The notes: generated from the letters alone by a model not told the origin. Positions 36,736-50,334 are shown, counted from the stretch's first letter. The stretch is 64,000 nucleotides of DNA from Paragordius varius (GCA_964247055.1 OZ176054.1:7254001-7318000); one strand, 5' to 3'. Program-made: numbers and translations.

Positions 36736-39041
36736 CTTTAAATTATTAAAAATAAGTCTTTTGCTTGTGAATGTAACATTTTTTTGCCACCCAATTCGAA
36801 TTTTACAGAAATTATTTTGATAAGTTTCAGCCAAAATTTATGAAATAAGGCACAAAAAGAAAACATTTAACACAACATTCATTTATTGACGTTTTAAACT
36901 CACTGGAAAGTATCTTATTTAATATTGTGAATTTTTAAATATTGAGCATGGTAATAATTTTTAGATTGATGAAACCATTCGCCCAAACACTTTCCATTTC
37001 TTTATCACACTACATTTTGTTTGGAGTCCATTTGAAAATATAATGGGATATGTTTAAACAATATAATAAATTATTATTTTTAATTGATTATAAACATTAC
37101 ATTCGAAATAAATTTATGATGAAATAAATTTTTTACATTGGTTAATAATGAAGTAACTTTTTGCTTTTAATAAATGATAATTTGAAATTTTACAAGATTA
37201 ATGTTTAATTAATAATTTTGAAAAATTTTCGAGAATCCAATATTTTTTGTGGTCACGGAATTGATATATCTAGCATATTTTTATATGCCATGTTATTAAA
37301 TATTAGCAGAGTTTTTCTATAAATTTATCCTCTTTTGTATCCACCCAATGAATAGATTAATTAGCCAAAATTTATCAAATTAACAATTTATAGCATTAAC
37401 AAAGGTTTGAATTGCATATAAAACATAATTATATACATAAATTCCAATATAATTTTATCCATATTTTTAAATTTGTCAAGTGTGCCCTATACGCTTGCCA
37501 AATATTTAAGTTTTACATAATCATATGATTTTTTCTCACCTCCTTATCAAGTTTTCTTGCTTGACTCAAGTCTAATGTTAAATTTTTTTATACATGAAAG
37601 CAAGCCATGACTTGATAAACTAGCAAGTCAAGTCAAAAAAATTTTTTTTATCACTCGAACCATAGCAGAATTTAAGCGATGTAAATTTAAATTGTCTTCT
37701 AAAAAAAATCATCAATTCGAATGAAATTCATCGTAGTAATTAAAATGTTAAATAATTATATAACATTTTAATTTTGATTTTTATTAATTTTGACAAATAT
37801 AAAGGGATTTTATAACCGAAATAGATAGAAGATTTTATTTAAAAATACTTGATATCACTTAAGCTAAAATCGAAATGACATGTTTGAAATGGTAAAATTA
37901 AAAAATATTACAAAATAAACCACTTTTTCTATTTCTATTAATGTTAGATGTAATTTAAATAAAGATTTAGCTTTAATTATACTCTTAAAAATAATTGAAG
38001 ACGATATTTTGCGAAAATTTTGTAAAATTAAATGGTGTCGAAGTAGTTTGACATGGAAATTTTTTTTCAAAACAAAATTTTATTTAGATATTTTGGCATA
38101 TTTATATAATATTTATTAGGATAGAAGCAAAAATTTAAATTGAAAACGTTTCTTTCAGTAGTTTTTTAAAGATCTTAACTTAAATTTAATCTAGGGTATT
38201 TAGATACCCTAATTTGAATCGAAATGTTAACCATAATATACATTTATTTTTCGTTACTAAAAAATTTAAACATTCAAAAGGTCATACAGTGTTTAATATT
38301 CAATTTTTCGAAAAAAACATTTTGATCTCAAAATTTATTATAATTTTTTTTTTCAAAATCTCGGTATTGTTGGTTATATTTTAAAAGAGCCAGCTCATTT
38401 AACAACTAAAAAATTTGGGCTGTAAGGAGCCCATTTCTAAAATAAATCTTATAAAAATATCGCTGTGGTATTATATGCAGTGATATTTTTTGGAATGAAT
38501 TTAAAAAATGTTTTAAATTTTATTATTTTTGATTCATAGCAGTTGCCAGAAGAGTCTAAACTTTCTTAAATAACATGAAAGTCCAATAAAAGCACCATGA
38601 TAATCCTGATATATTTTCCTATTATTATCAGGATAGTCCCCCATTTTCAGCATTACTAAAATTAAAAAATCGCAAATCATGCTGCATTTTCTGTTATAAT
38701 TTATTTCTCAATGAAAACACTTGCCATAATGCTGTAACTGACATGTAACCAAAACTATGACTATTAAAATCCTCTTACAACCAGAATGGCATACATAAAG
38801 AAATATATTTTAATTTGTCTTTATTTTTTATGCATCCTGATACTTAAAATCATATAATATAACACATTTGGTTTTTTACTATTTTTAACATTGGAAGATT
38901 TGACATGTAAAATTCAATTCTACCGACTTTTATTTTAAATATCATCTATAAAATTAGATTAGAAGCATTTTTTACAAAATATTATAATCACACCTATGCA
39001 AAACAACTTATTATTGCACTGCATATATTCAAGATATGAAT

Positions 39042-39100
39042 CAGTGGCGCTAAGACCACGTGCGGCCCTAAATGAACTTTTTTATGGCCCTGAATTAATC
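39042..39100. mobile_element. Solo end fragment of the Buster-type hAT family, ~200 bp upstream of the RIOK1 start
   Basis: cagtggcgctaagaccacgtgcggccc...ctttttttatggccctgaatt; the latter part is the reverse complement of aattcagggccataaaaaag at 50287-50306. Confidence 0.6.
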
Positions 39101-39299
39101 ATTTTTTCACTCATTTTAAGTTAAATCTCCAAATCTGTTAAGCAGCTATCCTCACTAATTTTGAAGGGCTATAAACTATCTAGTTTTGTGTAAAAGATTG
39201 AACACTATATAATGTTGATAAAAATCAAAAACTATAATCTTCGCAATTATTTACAATCATATTTATACAAAATTAATTACGGTTTTGTCTGTTATTGAC

Positions 39300-42200
39300 A
39301 TGGTGCTAGTTGATCAATACGAGGAAAATTGTAATTTAAATTTTATTTAGAGATTATGGTTTAAATCAATATTCTGATGATGAATCATTTAGTTTGCCAC
39401 AAGTTGAAAAATATAAAAAGCTTTCCAATAAAATTAATTTACATTCTTATGTTTCATCAATCGAAATTGATAAGTCCTTTAAAACCAAAGTTTTAAATGC
39501 ACTCTTTGAGAGTGGGAAGAAAATTGACAATCAGAGGTAAAATACTCATAAAAAATAGGTTGAAAATAAAAGATAAGCGGGATAGAGCCACAATTGAACA
39601 GGTTCTAGACCCCAGGACCAGAATTATTTTATTTAAACTTCTCAACTCACATTTCATTGACACAATCGATGGTTGTATAAGTACAGGGAAAGAGGCAAAT
39701 GTCTATCATGCCACTGCTGGAAATCAACATATTGCAATAAAAGTAGAATTTTTTAAAATTACATACATAAAATAAATATAACTCGAGATTTTATATCTAA
39801 TTTAAATCAAGATTTACAAAACATCCATTCTTACTTTCAAAGACAGGGATCGGTATGTTACCGGAGAATTTCGATTTAGGCAAGGTTATTGTCGACACAA
39901 TCCTCGCAAAATGGTCAAAACTTGGGCTGAAAAAGAAATGAGAAACTTAATTAGGTAAAATATTATTTTTATGAAAATAATTTTGCCCATTCTAGAATAT
40001 ATTAAATCACTTATTTTAGTTAGTTATAAATTATGATTACTAGTTAATCATAAGAAATAACTTTTATGTTCTCTATTCTATATCAAATTTGACTTTTTAT
40101 TTTTAATTATTTATACGATCATATTTGTCATGAAGCCTTTGTCATTTTTATCAAGCTATGGTTTGGTGCAATGCTCTTAAACAATCATTATGGGTTTTGC
40201 TTGTTACTATCTCCGAACTTTTAATTTATATTATTGGGAATTGAAAATTTTATATGTAAAGCTTGTGCAACACCAGATATAAACCCAAATAATCCCACAC
40301 AAACCACCTACCTTCCAACTACAAACATCGAAATAGTAAACAAGTACAATTACCTGGGTGACACAATAGCAGCTGATATGAATATTAAAAACGCCATAAC
40401 AACACGGTCACTTCAGGCTTGGGCCAAATTTCATCAACTCAAGTATATAATGAAACACAAACACATTTCAAACCCAAACAAGGGCAAAATCTACACGATT
40501 GCCATTCGCCCTGCCCTCACCTATGCTAGCGAATGTTGGCCCTTAAACCAAACTAATGAAAATAAATTATGTGACATAGAAAGAAAAATCCTCAACTCAT
40601 GCCTCACCAATCAGTATCACAATGATAAAACAAATAATAATAAAAGCATACATAATCTGTTTCATATCGCACCTATGTCTTCTTTTCTCAGAGCAAATCG
40701 TCTCAGATACTGGGGTCACATTGAACGCTCAAATAGTTGGATTAACAAAATTAGATCCTTTCATCCGAACGGCAATTTAAAACGAGGCAGACCATACCAT
40801 GATTGGGAAAAAACACTCAGCAATGACTTACACTTAACTCAACTGAACAAAGACGATTGTCTCGATCGCAAGCTATTTCGCTCAAGAATTTGGAAGCTGG
40901 CACATGCTGGACAAACAACGACTTGATTGATTGATTGATTTTTTGCACTAGAATGGTATCACGGAATATTTTATGACCGATTTCTGTAGCATCTTTTATG
41001 CCGAAAATATTTTATGGAAATGAAGATGCCTTTCAGAAATCATGGAATTAGAGCTATAAAGAGTTTTACTTGAGCGAATTAAAATGTGTAATTATAAATA
41101 ATCTTTAACCATTTTATCACACCAAGCTTTTATTAACACAGGTGTATCTATATTTTTCATATTCGAATTTCAGTCATTCGTTCTTAAAGTGTTCAATGTA
41201 ACGAAAAATGAAATACTATTACATAATTCTTGGCGCATTTTTTATTTAAAATACTTAAATATTGATTTTATAAATTGTAAAGGGATAAAAAATAATTTAG
41301 CAAACAAATAAATTTTTAAGAGAGATTGCGCTAATTACCACCACTACTATTAAAAGAGAGCCAAATTTTTAAAAAATTTAAGCAAACAATGAGTCTAAAT
41401 TTCTTTTCACGAAATATATTTGATATGACATTGATTAATCAAATTCGCCAATTGGTTTCGAAATGTTGCAAATGTATTTAATCTCACAACCTAGAAATAA
41501 ATTACAATTGGTTTAAATAAATTCCAAAATATTTATTGTTATGGATTTAGGCAGATAATGTTAAAACAAATAACCTGGTTATAGTTTATTTATCATATTT
41601 AATTATATTTTAGAATTCATAAAGCAGGCATAAAATGCCCGCAACCGCTGTTATTGAAAAGTCATGTGTTAGCCATGCAATTTTTAGGCCATAAAGGTTG
41701 GCCCTATCCCCTTCTAAAAGACGTTAACATTACAGGTATGGTATGCTTTTTGCATCAACGATTGTTATGATCCAAATAATAATCAATGATATTAATACTT
41801 TAAATTAATTTGTTTAATTCATTTAAAGTATATACAGTATGCATTTTAATGGTTGCTTATTTCACAATATAGATGGGCAATTTGCAACACACTAGTGTAT
41901 GGAAAAAAACAACAAAATGTTGAATAAACAGTTTTTTCTTTCTCTTTTTCCATACACTCCGGTGGTATAAATTGCCCAAACTATAGTGTGAAATAAGCAA
42001 CCATTAAAATGCAGTGTAACAATGAGGAGTCCTACATTTTTGTCTCATATAACTTTAAATATTTTATGTTAATACTTATTAATTCTTTGATATCAATATC
42101 TATCGTAACTGTAAGTTCCTTGAATTAACTTTGAGCGATTGAAGCTTACTAGCACAACGATGTCCCACATAATAATGATTGTTTTTTTAAATATGATTCT

Positions 42201-45200
42201 TAAAGTCTTTTTATGATTTTTTATACTACGGATATGCAATATATTTTAATTATATGATTTTTAAATGCTTATGTAAAAATAAGATATTTGGTTTTTTGAG
42301 ACACACTTTCAATTATATTGTTTTTATAAGTTATGCAACGTAATTATTTAATTTTATAGCCATATAAAATGGAATCAATCCTACAATGTAGATTCAAATT
42401 ATATAATAATAATTTAATTAGATCAGCCTTAAAAACATATTTAATCTATTGTTAGAATATATAATGTTCAAATTATATTAAATGCACAATGTATAAGAAC
42501 GATTTTCAAAACATAAGTATGGGTATTGAAAGAAAGGTATAATTTCTGTAAATGGAAGCTAGAAATCACCCTATTTTATATGAATTAGCTAAATTAAAAA
42601 CTAGCACAAATAAAATGATATATCTTTGGAGAAGGTATTAAATAATGCGAAACTTTTTATTCTTTTAATTAAAAATTGTATACCTTTTTTAGATATGGAT
42701 GAATGCCTGGTATTATATAAACAAGCCATATTCATTCTTTGGGATATGTATCGCAAGTGTAAACTCATACACGCTGATTTGAGCGAATACAATATTATAT
42801 ATGCACCACCTTTTCCAATTCTTGAATCGAATGATGATAGCGAACAATCGATAAGCGATACCAATCCTAGGAATGAAACAAAGACTGAGAATGACCCATC
42901 GACGCAATATGGTTCTTTTTTGTTTTATCAATTTAGATCATATTAATGCCTCTTTATAAATATTGTATAAGCCTTCTTACAAAAATAATGTTTTTGTTGA
43001 TATTTTGCAATCCGTTGATTGCCTTTTCTCTTTAATTTTATGATGTAATAATAATTTTTTTTACATCTATGTTACGTTAAACATATTTGTTAAATCGCTT
43101 GTTTGCACAGGTCAACTATATGTGATTGATGTTAGTCAGTCTGTAGAATGGGACCATCCCAGAGCCTTTGATTTTTTACGCAAAGATATTACCAATATTC
43201 TCGGTATTTTCATTACATATATAATATACATTAATGTGAAAATAATTTATTTTAATTTTTGAATTTTTTTTATTTTTTTAACCCCGAAACTACGCATTTT
43301 TTCCATCATCACTGTCAGCCCTGGGCAGGCGAGTGTTAAAGCCTTCACATGTCCGGATACAATTTAAGTCCTTACCCTTTAATATAAAAGGAAAAAAGAG
43401 ACTCTAAACTGTATATTTTTAATTTTTGAAATTTTTTTACATATGTTGAATTTGTTATTTTAAAAAGAGAACTCACTTTATAAATTTTGTGTTAACAATT
43501 TACATCTCTAGTTATATTAGAAAATCAACGTTTATAAACTGTGGTTTTTTTATAAATTATCTTTTTGTTTTTACTTTTGGTCTGGATAATTTTTTTAATT
43601 TTTACTCTAAACTTATTTTTCGGAGTCATTGGTTTTATAAAAATATACATTGTTATATAGATTATTTTGGTAGACAAGGTGTTATGGTGGCCGGATTAAG
43701 GCAAACATTTGATTTTATAACGGACCCAACTATAAATGAACATAACAAAGACCAATATTTTCAAAAAATGTCCCAAGCAAGTAAACTAGCTTATGAGGAT
43801 ACACAAGTCGTTGTTAATGACACTTCAAACTCTGAAAATTCTTACGTTGAAAACAAGGTATAATTGAGAATTATTTATTAATTTTATAATGGTCATGGTG
43901 AAACTTAAATCAATTTTTACAAATGTGGTATAAAATATTGTTTTAACATGAATTAAAATGAAAATCTTAACTGGGTCATTTTGTATGACAATAGTAATTT
44001 TAGACTAGTTTCGTGCTTTCTCCTATATAAAATACGTTTAAATATCTTACGGTATTTTTTTTATGTAATTTCGTACTGATATTATATATTATTTTAAATA
44101 ACTACTTTTTTAACAAAATTTTACCCTTTGGAATGAAAATTAAATTTATTTTACTCCTGTATTTAGGCTTTCGAACAAGTCTACATTCCCCAAAACTTAT
44201 CCCAAGTAATTGATTACGAAAGGGATATAGATCATCTTGCAGCTGGGCTTACTAAGGAGGTTGCATTTTTTTATTGGATGATAAAATTTTCTATATAATT
44301 AAAACATATTTAATAATTTTTCAGACAACACATTCCTAATTTTTACATAAAAAATATATTTTAGCTATATTATTGCCGATTAACTGGATTATCGCAAAAC
44401 GCCTCATTAAACAAGGATTCGTCATTTGCTAAAGTATTTTTACAAAATTTATTATTTAAACACTTTAAATATTTTTATCATGAAATAATTGTTTTTTTAA
44501 ATTAATATAATATATTTTCCGTATGGAATAACCGTAATATAAACTGATTTTGTAAGATTTTTATAATCTTTTTACATATTCTTTTTTATACAGGAAAGTT
44601 TAAATGCTAAAGCCTCTATGAATACTGTAAAAGACGTCTCAGTAAAAGGTAATTATCAAAAATTTGTTAAAAGGCTATTATGTTTCCTTAATATATAAAC
44701 TCGTATTTATTATATTTTCCTCTCTAATATAATAATAACAAATGATTCTCTTTAAGATGCTTTTAAAACAATCGATCAAAATAGTCAAAATAAATAATTA
44801 TATTATCCAATGTAAAAATTAGTGATCTTTATATCAAAATGCGTTAATATTCTAACCTTTTATCTGTCATTAGACATTGAACATGGCATACAAAATCGAA
44901 TATCCAAATCCTCCAAATCCACATTAAATTGTGAAACTAATGAAATTAATGAAGGTAAAACTTTTTCCGGTTCTTCAGACTCCAGTAATTCTGACACAGA
45001 CGCTTCTAGCGTATCCGATTCACATTCTGAAAATACTTCAGAAGATTTCAATGATGATTTAAATAAGAATAAATATGTCAGGCCTAGAGACGAATCGCCT
45101 AATTCAAAAAAGGTGCATTTTAAAAAATGATAGCCGAATCATTTTTATGAATGTTTTAAACACATTTTTTTAATATGTAGCTACTCGTAACATCTAAAAC

Positions 45201-45479
45201 AATATTTAAAAATCGTTTAAAGCTTATGTTGGTTACTCAAATTTATGGGATTTACAATATTTTAGATAAGTTAAACTTTTTTGGATAATACTATTATTAT
45301 AGCGATTACCTGTTCTACCAATGGTTTCATCTCTATCATTGATATTTTTCTAAAATTAGGAGAGAAAACTTGCGATTAAGGAAGAAAAACGTGAAAAACG
45401 CCAATCAAAAATACCCAAATACGAAAAAAAGAAACAAAATGCTAAAAAATATTGTAGACAAGGCTGGAAAAGAAAATAA
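39300..45479 (+). CDS. RIOK1: Serine/threonine-protein kinase RIO1 (40S ribosome maturation)
   Basis: Spliced exons give [114 protein letters not shown], a Ser/Asp-rich linker and the basic tail [16 protein letters not shown]; stop TAA 45477-45479. The start (ATG 39300) is less certain: it needs a GAG acceptor at 39351-39352 to stay in frame. Confidence 0.95.
40234..40940 (+). mobile_element. 5'-truncated RTE-clade non-LTR retrotransposon (C-terminal end of the RT ORF plus (TTGA)n tail) in a RIOK1 intron
   Basis: 230-codon open frame with [43 protein letters not shown]...L..DL and DRKLFR, characteristic of the RTE RT C-terminus. The stop is immediately followed by (TTGA)4 at 40923-40938. A/C-rich composition contrasts with the flanks. 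Confidence 0.9.
41835..42016. mobile_element. Tc1/mariner-type MITE, 182 bp, ~70-bp TIRs, TA TSD, in a RIOK1 intron
   Basis: TA|CAGTATGCATTTTAATGGTTGCTTATTTCACAATATAG..GGGCAATTT..GTGTATGGAAAA is mirrored by TTTTCCATACAC..AAATTGCCC..CTATAGTGTGAAATAAGCAACCATTAAAATGCAGTG|TA. Confidence 0.88.
43280..43411 (+). mobile_element. Tc1/mariner-like MITE, copy 2 (core plus right TIR, 5'-truncated), in a RIOK1 intron
   Basis: ~85-bp core highly similar to 22875-22959, then AAGTCCCTTACCCTTTAAT..AAAAGGAAAAAAGA..TCTAAACTG|TA, the reverse complement of the left end of copy 1. Confidence 0.75.
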
Positions 45480-46461
45480 ATATATTTTTTATACATACAT
45501 GATGAGATTGGACAGAAGAAATATATATTAATTATTAAAATAAATTTGTATTCAACGATAATTAATGATGCTATTTAAATGGAGTATATTAAACTTCGCT
45601 GTTTATTTTAGGTATCTTTAAGATTTTACGTAATTATATATTTTTATCAAAACCAATTAATTTAAATTCTCAAATTGCTATGTGGGTCATTCACACACAA
45701 TGTCCACAAACAATATTTTGTCGAAATATATATTGAGGATATTGTATCAGGATTACCATACTCTTAATTTTGGTCCTTACAAGTAATATATAAAAGTTAT
45801 TTCATTTTAATAACTGCTCCATATCAGAAGATGGCAAAGTTTGCCCATATTATGTTAAAGATTTTTTAATCAAAGCTAAATGGTTTGTACCAAAAATTAT
45901 TTTTTAAGTATATCATAAATTATATATAAAAAGCAAAATATTAATTTTATAAAATTTGTTGGCTCCGAAAGTCTCTAAATTTTTTGGGCCAGTTCAAAAT
46001 GGGCAAGTTTTTTAATAGAGGCGAAAGGGGCGGGTTGCGCAATAAAAATTTTAGTACATGATAAATTATGGCATCAAAAAAATATATTAGAAAAATACAT
46101 ACTTTGTTCAAAAATTAAATCGAAGCGTCCTTCATACTATTAATGCAGCATAAAAACGCTTTAAGATATAATAACACTCTATTTTATAATTTGAGGATGT
46201 TGAACTTTGTTATCACCCCAATATTTTTAAAAGTATGTTGCTTTTTTGGAATTTTTGTAAAAAACATATTTTTAACATAAATATGTAATGAACGAATAAT
46301 CAAAATTTTTAAGATGATAGAAATGTTGCATTATCGAATTATATAAAAGTGTTTCAATATCTAAAGCGATATCCAGTTACCATCTTGCTTCAAAATAGTA
46401 TGAATTACGGTTCAACCAGAATCTAGCATATATTAAAAAATTTCGCAAAATCTCGGCATTT

Positions 46462-47748
46462 CAGAGGCGTAGGTTGCATTTATGGCGCCGGGGGCATTAA
46501 TTCGTGCGGGCGTCCCTCTCCACTCAACCCCTTGCATTTTAAAAATTATTAAATTTAAACCTTTAGCGGGACGAAATGTGGCCTATCATAAATAATAACG
46601 CGTGAAAAAAAACATGTGCATTCAACTACTTCCTTTGAAAACGACGGCTTACTTGGCAAACTCGACTTAGTTAAACATAGATGTTGTATAAAAAGCAGTA
46701 TTCAAACTGCACTCGAATGCGTGACCCGAAATCTTTTAAGAAAAATGACTTGCGCCTGAAAAAAAAACTTGAGTATAGTAAAATACAGGAATTTAAACCG
46801 GAACCGTTTTATGGTCCGGTTTTTCGTCAGTTTTTTTCTGATTCGGTCCCTGATCCATTTTTTAATGAAGAACTTTTTAATTTCACAGCTGTTCCACACA
46901 TTTTGATCAATAATCCTATTTTTTCTTTTTTTTTGAGGAACAGATAAACAAATTAGACTTTATAATGGCCATGAAAACAAACAATATCATTGTTTAACCG
47001 GTTTAAACGTAACTCTAGTTCACTTAGCAATTAAAAGATATTTGATGGACTTAGGTTTAAGTACTTAAGCTGTATGGTTGATTTTGTATATTAATAATTG
47101 AAATAGGAATTATAATAAATTTGTAATAATAATTTGATTCATCTCTAATGGATAATGGAATAATGAAAAATATATTTTAAATGCAACAAGAAAAGTGTAA
47201 GTTGCATTGAGCAGCAAAAAATAGTTATAAGGAAAAAAATACAGCACGGCATAATGTATGTAGATGGTCCATGTCCTAAATTGGAAAAGAAAAATAAACA
47301 ACATTTATTTTGGAATTTGATATTATAATAAAGAAAAATTTAAAGAATTTTAACATAATGGGTGGCATTGAGCAAGCAATATCTATGATTTTGAAAGAAA
47401 ATTAACATAAAATTAATAATCATCTTATCCTATCTCACACTTTGGTGATTTAAAGCAAATATTTTAAGGTAGATTACATAATGAAATGAACAGGCTGAGG
47501 TTAAGAAAGGGCTTTAAAATAAAATGAAGGGATATAATAAATAAGGATATAGCTGGTTAGATTTAAATATTAATAATACTAAAGGAAAATTTTGATCAAG
47601 ATTGGAGGTCATGACCACTAATAGATGGGTGATTTTGTATTATTAAACTATTTTTTTAAAAGAAAATTAAAATTTTTAAAATCCGGCTCCCCCTCAATTA
47701 TGGCGCCCGGTGCATCAGCCCCCGTTTGCACCCCCTATCTACGCCATT
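46462..47748. mobile_element. Non-autonomous hAT element, 1287 bp
   Basis: Termini CAGAGGCGTAG ... CTACGCCATT; perfect 8-bp TSD CGGCATTT at 46454-46461 and 47749-47756; GC-rich subterminal GGCGCC motifs at both ends; no transposase recognised inside. Confidence 0.88.
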
Positions 47749-48503
47749 CGGCATTTTAGCGTTTACTTTTAGAGAACTAGCTTATTTTAAAAGGCGAAAA
47801 GGTCTTTTTGAGCCATATCTAAAATTTATAATATTATAAAAAAAAATTGATTTTTACATTTAGTTTATGATATATTCTATTCATTTTTTGGAATGAAGGG
47901 TTTCGCTTTCGATAAAATCTTTCACAAAATGGGAAATTTTGTCATTTTCTTACATGGACCAGTTATCAAAAAAGAATAAATAGCTCTCTTAAATCACTCC
48001 TAAAAGCCAACACCAAAAGCCCCGTGATATAAGACATTTTTCTATCAAAATAAATATATTTAATTAGGATATAGTTTTACACCCCCTGATTATGGACTCA
48101 GTGCTTATGCTTGTGATGTTTAAGGGGTAATTATGAGCGTCGATGCGATCGAATCAGGATAATATAATTGGCAATTTTCAATCACAATTTTTTTAAACAA
48201 ATATATCACGAAACCATGCTGTACAAACCTGCTATAATATATTTTTTCACGATTTTTAATCATAGATATTTGATAAAATTAAGACCCTTTAAAATGACAT
48301 TTCAACAATATTAGGATTTTATTTTTTATTTAACCAGGGACTTAACCTAAAGGTAATTTTAAAGCGCTGGAATATGTGCGCCAATGGAATCTGGTTCCTG
48401 ACCCTATATGTTTAAAGGGTGTTTAAGGGGTCTGGCATTATTTCAGATAAGCCATTTTTGTGGGAAAAACAGCACCATCATATTTCTGATACATTTTTAT
48501 ATT

Positions 48504-48506
<3 letters not shown>

Positions 48507-48548
<42 letters not shown>
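48507..48548. repeat. (AT)n microsatellite, ~21 units
   Basis: Directly visible. Confidence 0.97.
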
Positions 48549-48550
<2 letters not shown>

Positions 48551-50284
48551 CATTAGGTTATTTTATATATTTTCCGTTTTTGAACGCAGTGCTATTTAAT
48601 ATTTTGTCCGATTACTTATTTGTATAAATAAACACATTTTTTACATATAATAAAAACGTTAAAACACTTGGGACAACTTAAATATTTGATAAAAATGTTT
48701 TTGTGGTTTTATTTAATTTTTGCTATCAATCGAAGATATGCTAAAATCTGTAGAATAAGAACATGACAAACTTTTGAAACCGTTTTAATGTATATTATTT
48801 AAACAGTGGTTACCCGCCAAAAAATTTTAAGAAACGCAAAGCATATTTATCTTGCCTCAAGGGCCGTGAACCATATAATATTGATATATATTTCAAGCTG
48901 TTTGAGGCATTTACAGATAATATTGCTTAAATTTTATAAAATAATTCAGGGCCACGAAAAAGCTCTTTTAGAGGTCCCGAAACTTAATTATACAAAAATA
49001 AAATGGTGATGATTATAATTGGCCAAAACAATATATTGACTCTTTATTTTGGATGGTTAACTAAAAAGAACTTTGAACAAAAATTTGTATAATTTATTCT
49101 AATTTTTTTATGCTTTAGTTTAAAATTACATATAAATTTTTTTCACCTTATTCTTTTTAAAAATATCACTAAGCTATTTTTATTTAGATTAGACAAGAAA
49201 TAGTTTTGTAATTAACCATGTGCCCTTTTAGAGTTGGCTAAATTTTTATCTTGAAATTAATATAATTTAGCATTTTAAGGTTTTATAACATATTTTTAAA
49301 ATATTTCAATATATCCATTTTTCAACTATTTTTTCAAACAGGTCGATAGGGCATGTATCCTAATTCGATAGGAGATCTTCATACATCATTTGTACAGATA
49401 TGTTTTAGCTTAACAATATCGTATGTAAAAATCATTACACAGTGCCCACGAAAAATCTTGTTAGATTGCTTATATTCTACTGATAGAAAAATGTATCAGG
49501 TGTTTTTGTCTTTTTGAGGCCTTATGAGTCATTGAATGAAATTGTTTAATTGTTTATCGAAAAATCGCGTAGCCATTATGTTAAATAAATTATTTGGTGA
49601 AAGCCAGTTACTGCATTCCTAAAAATATTATAATCTGGATTTAAATACAAATTAATATTTATATGAGATTCTGGACGTGGGATCCTAAAGTCTGTAGTTT
49701 TTGGATCAAATGGGCTACTTTTCTTAAATAACGCAACAATGAAGGGATAATTAATATATGTTAGATTATAATACCAAAAAAGGTTACGTATTGGATGATG
49801 TTTTTTAACATATTGGAAACGGTATTAAAACATTGCATAACAATTAAAAACACTTTTTTATATAAATGATTTTATCATTTATATCACTGCATATTTTTGA
49901 ATTAAAAATGTCTGCATATTTAATTTAGGTTAAAGAATTGTGTTCTTCACAAAAATCTACCCAATCTTAAGTGAACTTTTAATATAAAATTTGACGAGAT
50001 AAAAATATTTAGCATCAATCTTATTATATCTAAAAATTGATTTCATAACATTTCAAAGTGATTTTAGCCGTTCCCAACATCCTTAAACCATCAGATATTT
50101 ACTAAAAAATCTTAAAGTATGCTTTTCAAACTTTTTTTAATGCATAATCTAGCGTGGTGGTATTCATCAATAATTAAAGGGCCGAAAAAATATTTTTTTT
50201 TGTACCTAATACAATAATACAATAAAATTTTAGTTGACACATTTGCAGATATATATACTCCAAATGAGTATGTCACATTAATAA

Positions 50285-50334
50285 ATAATTCAGGGCCATA
50301 AAAAAGCACTAGGGTCGCGGTTTGAGTAACACTG
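50285..50334. mobile_element. Solo end fragment of the Buster-type hAT family
   Basis: aattcagggccataaaaaagcactagggtcgcggtttgagtaacactg followed by atcTAgca (nnnTAnnn target pattern). Confidence 0.65.
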
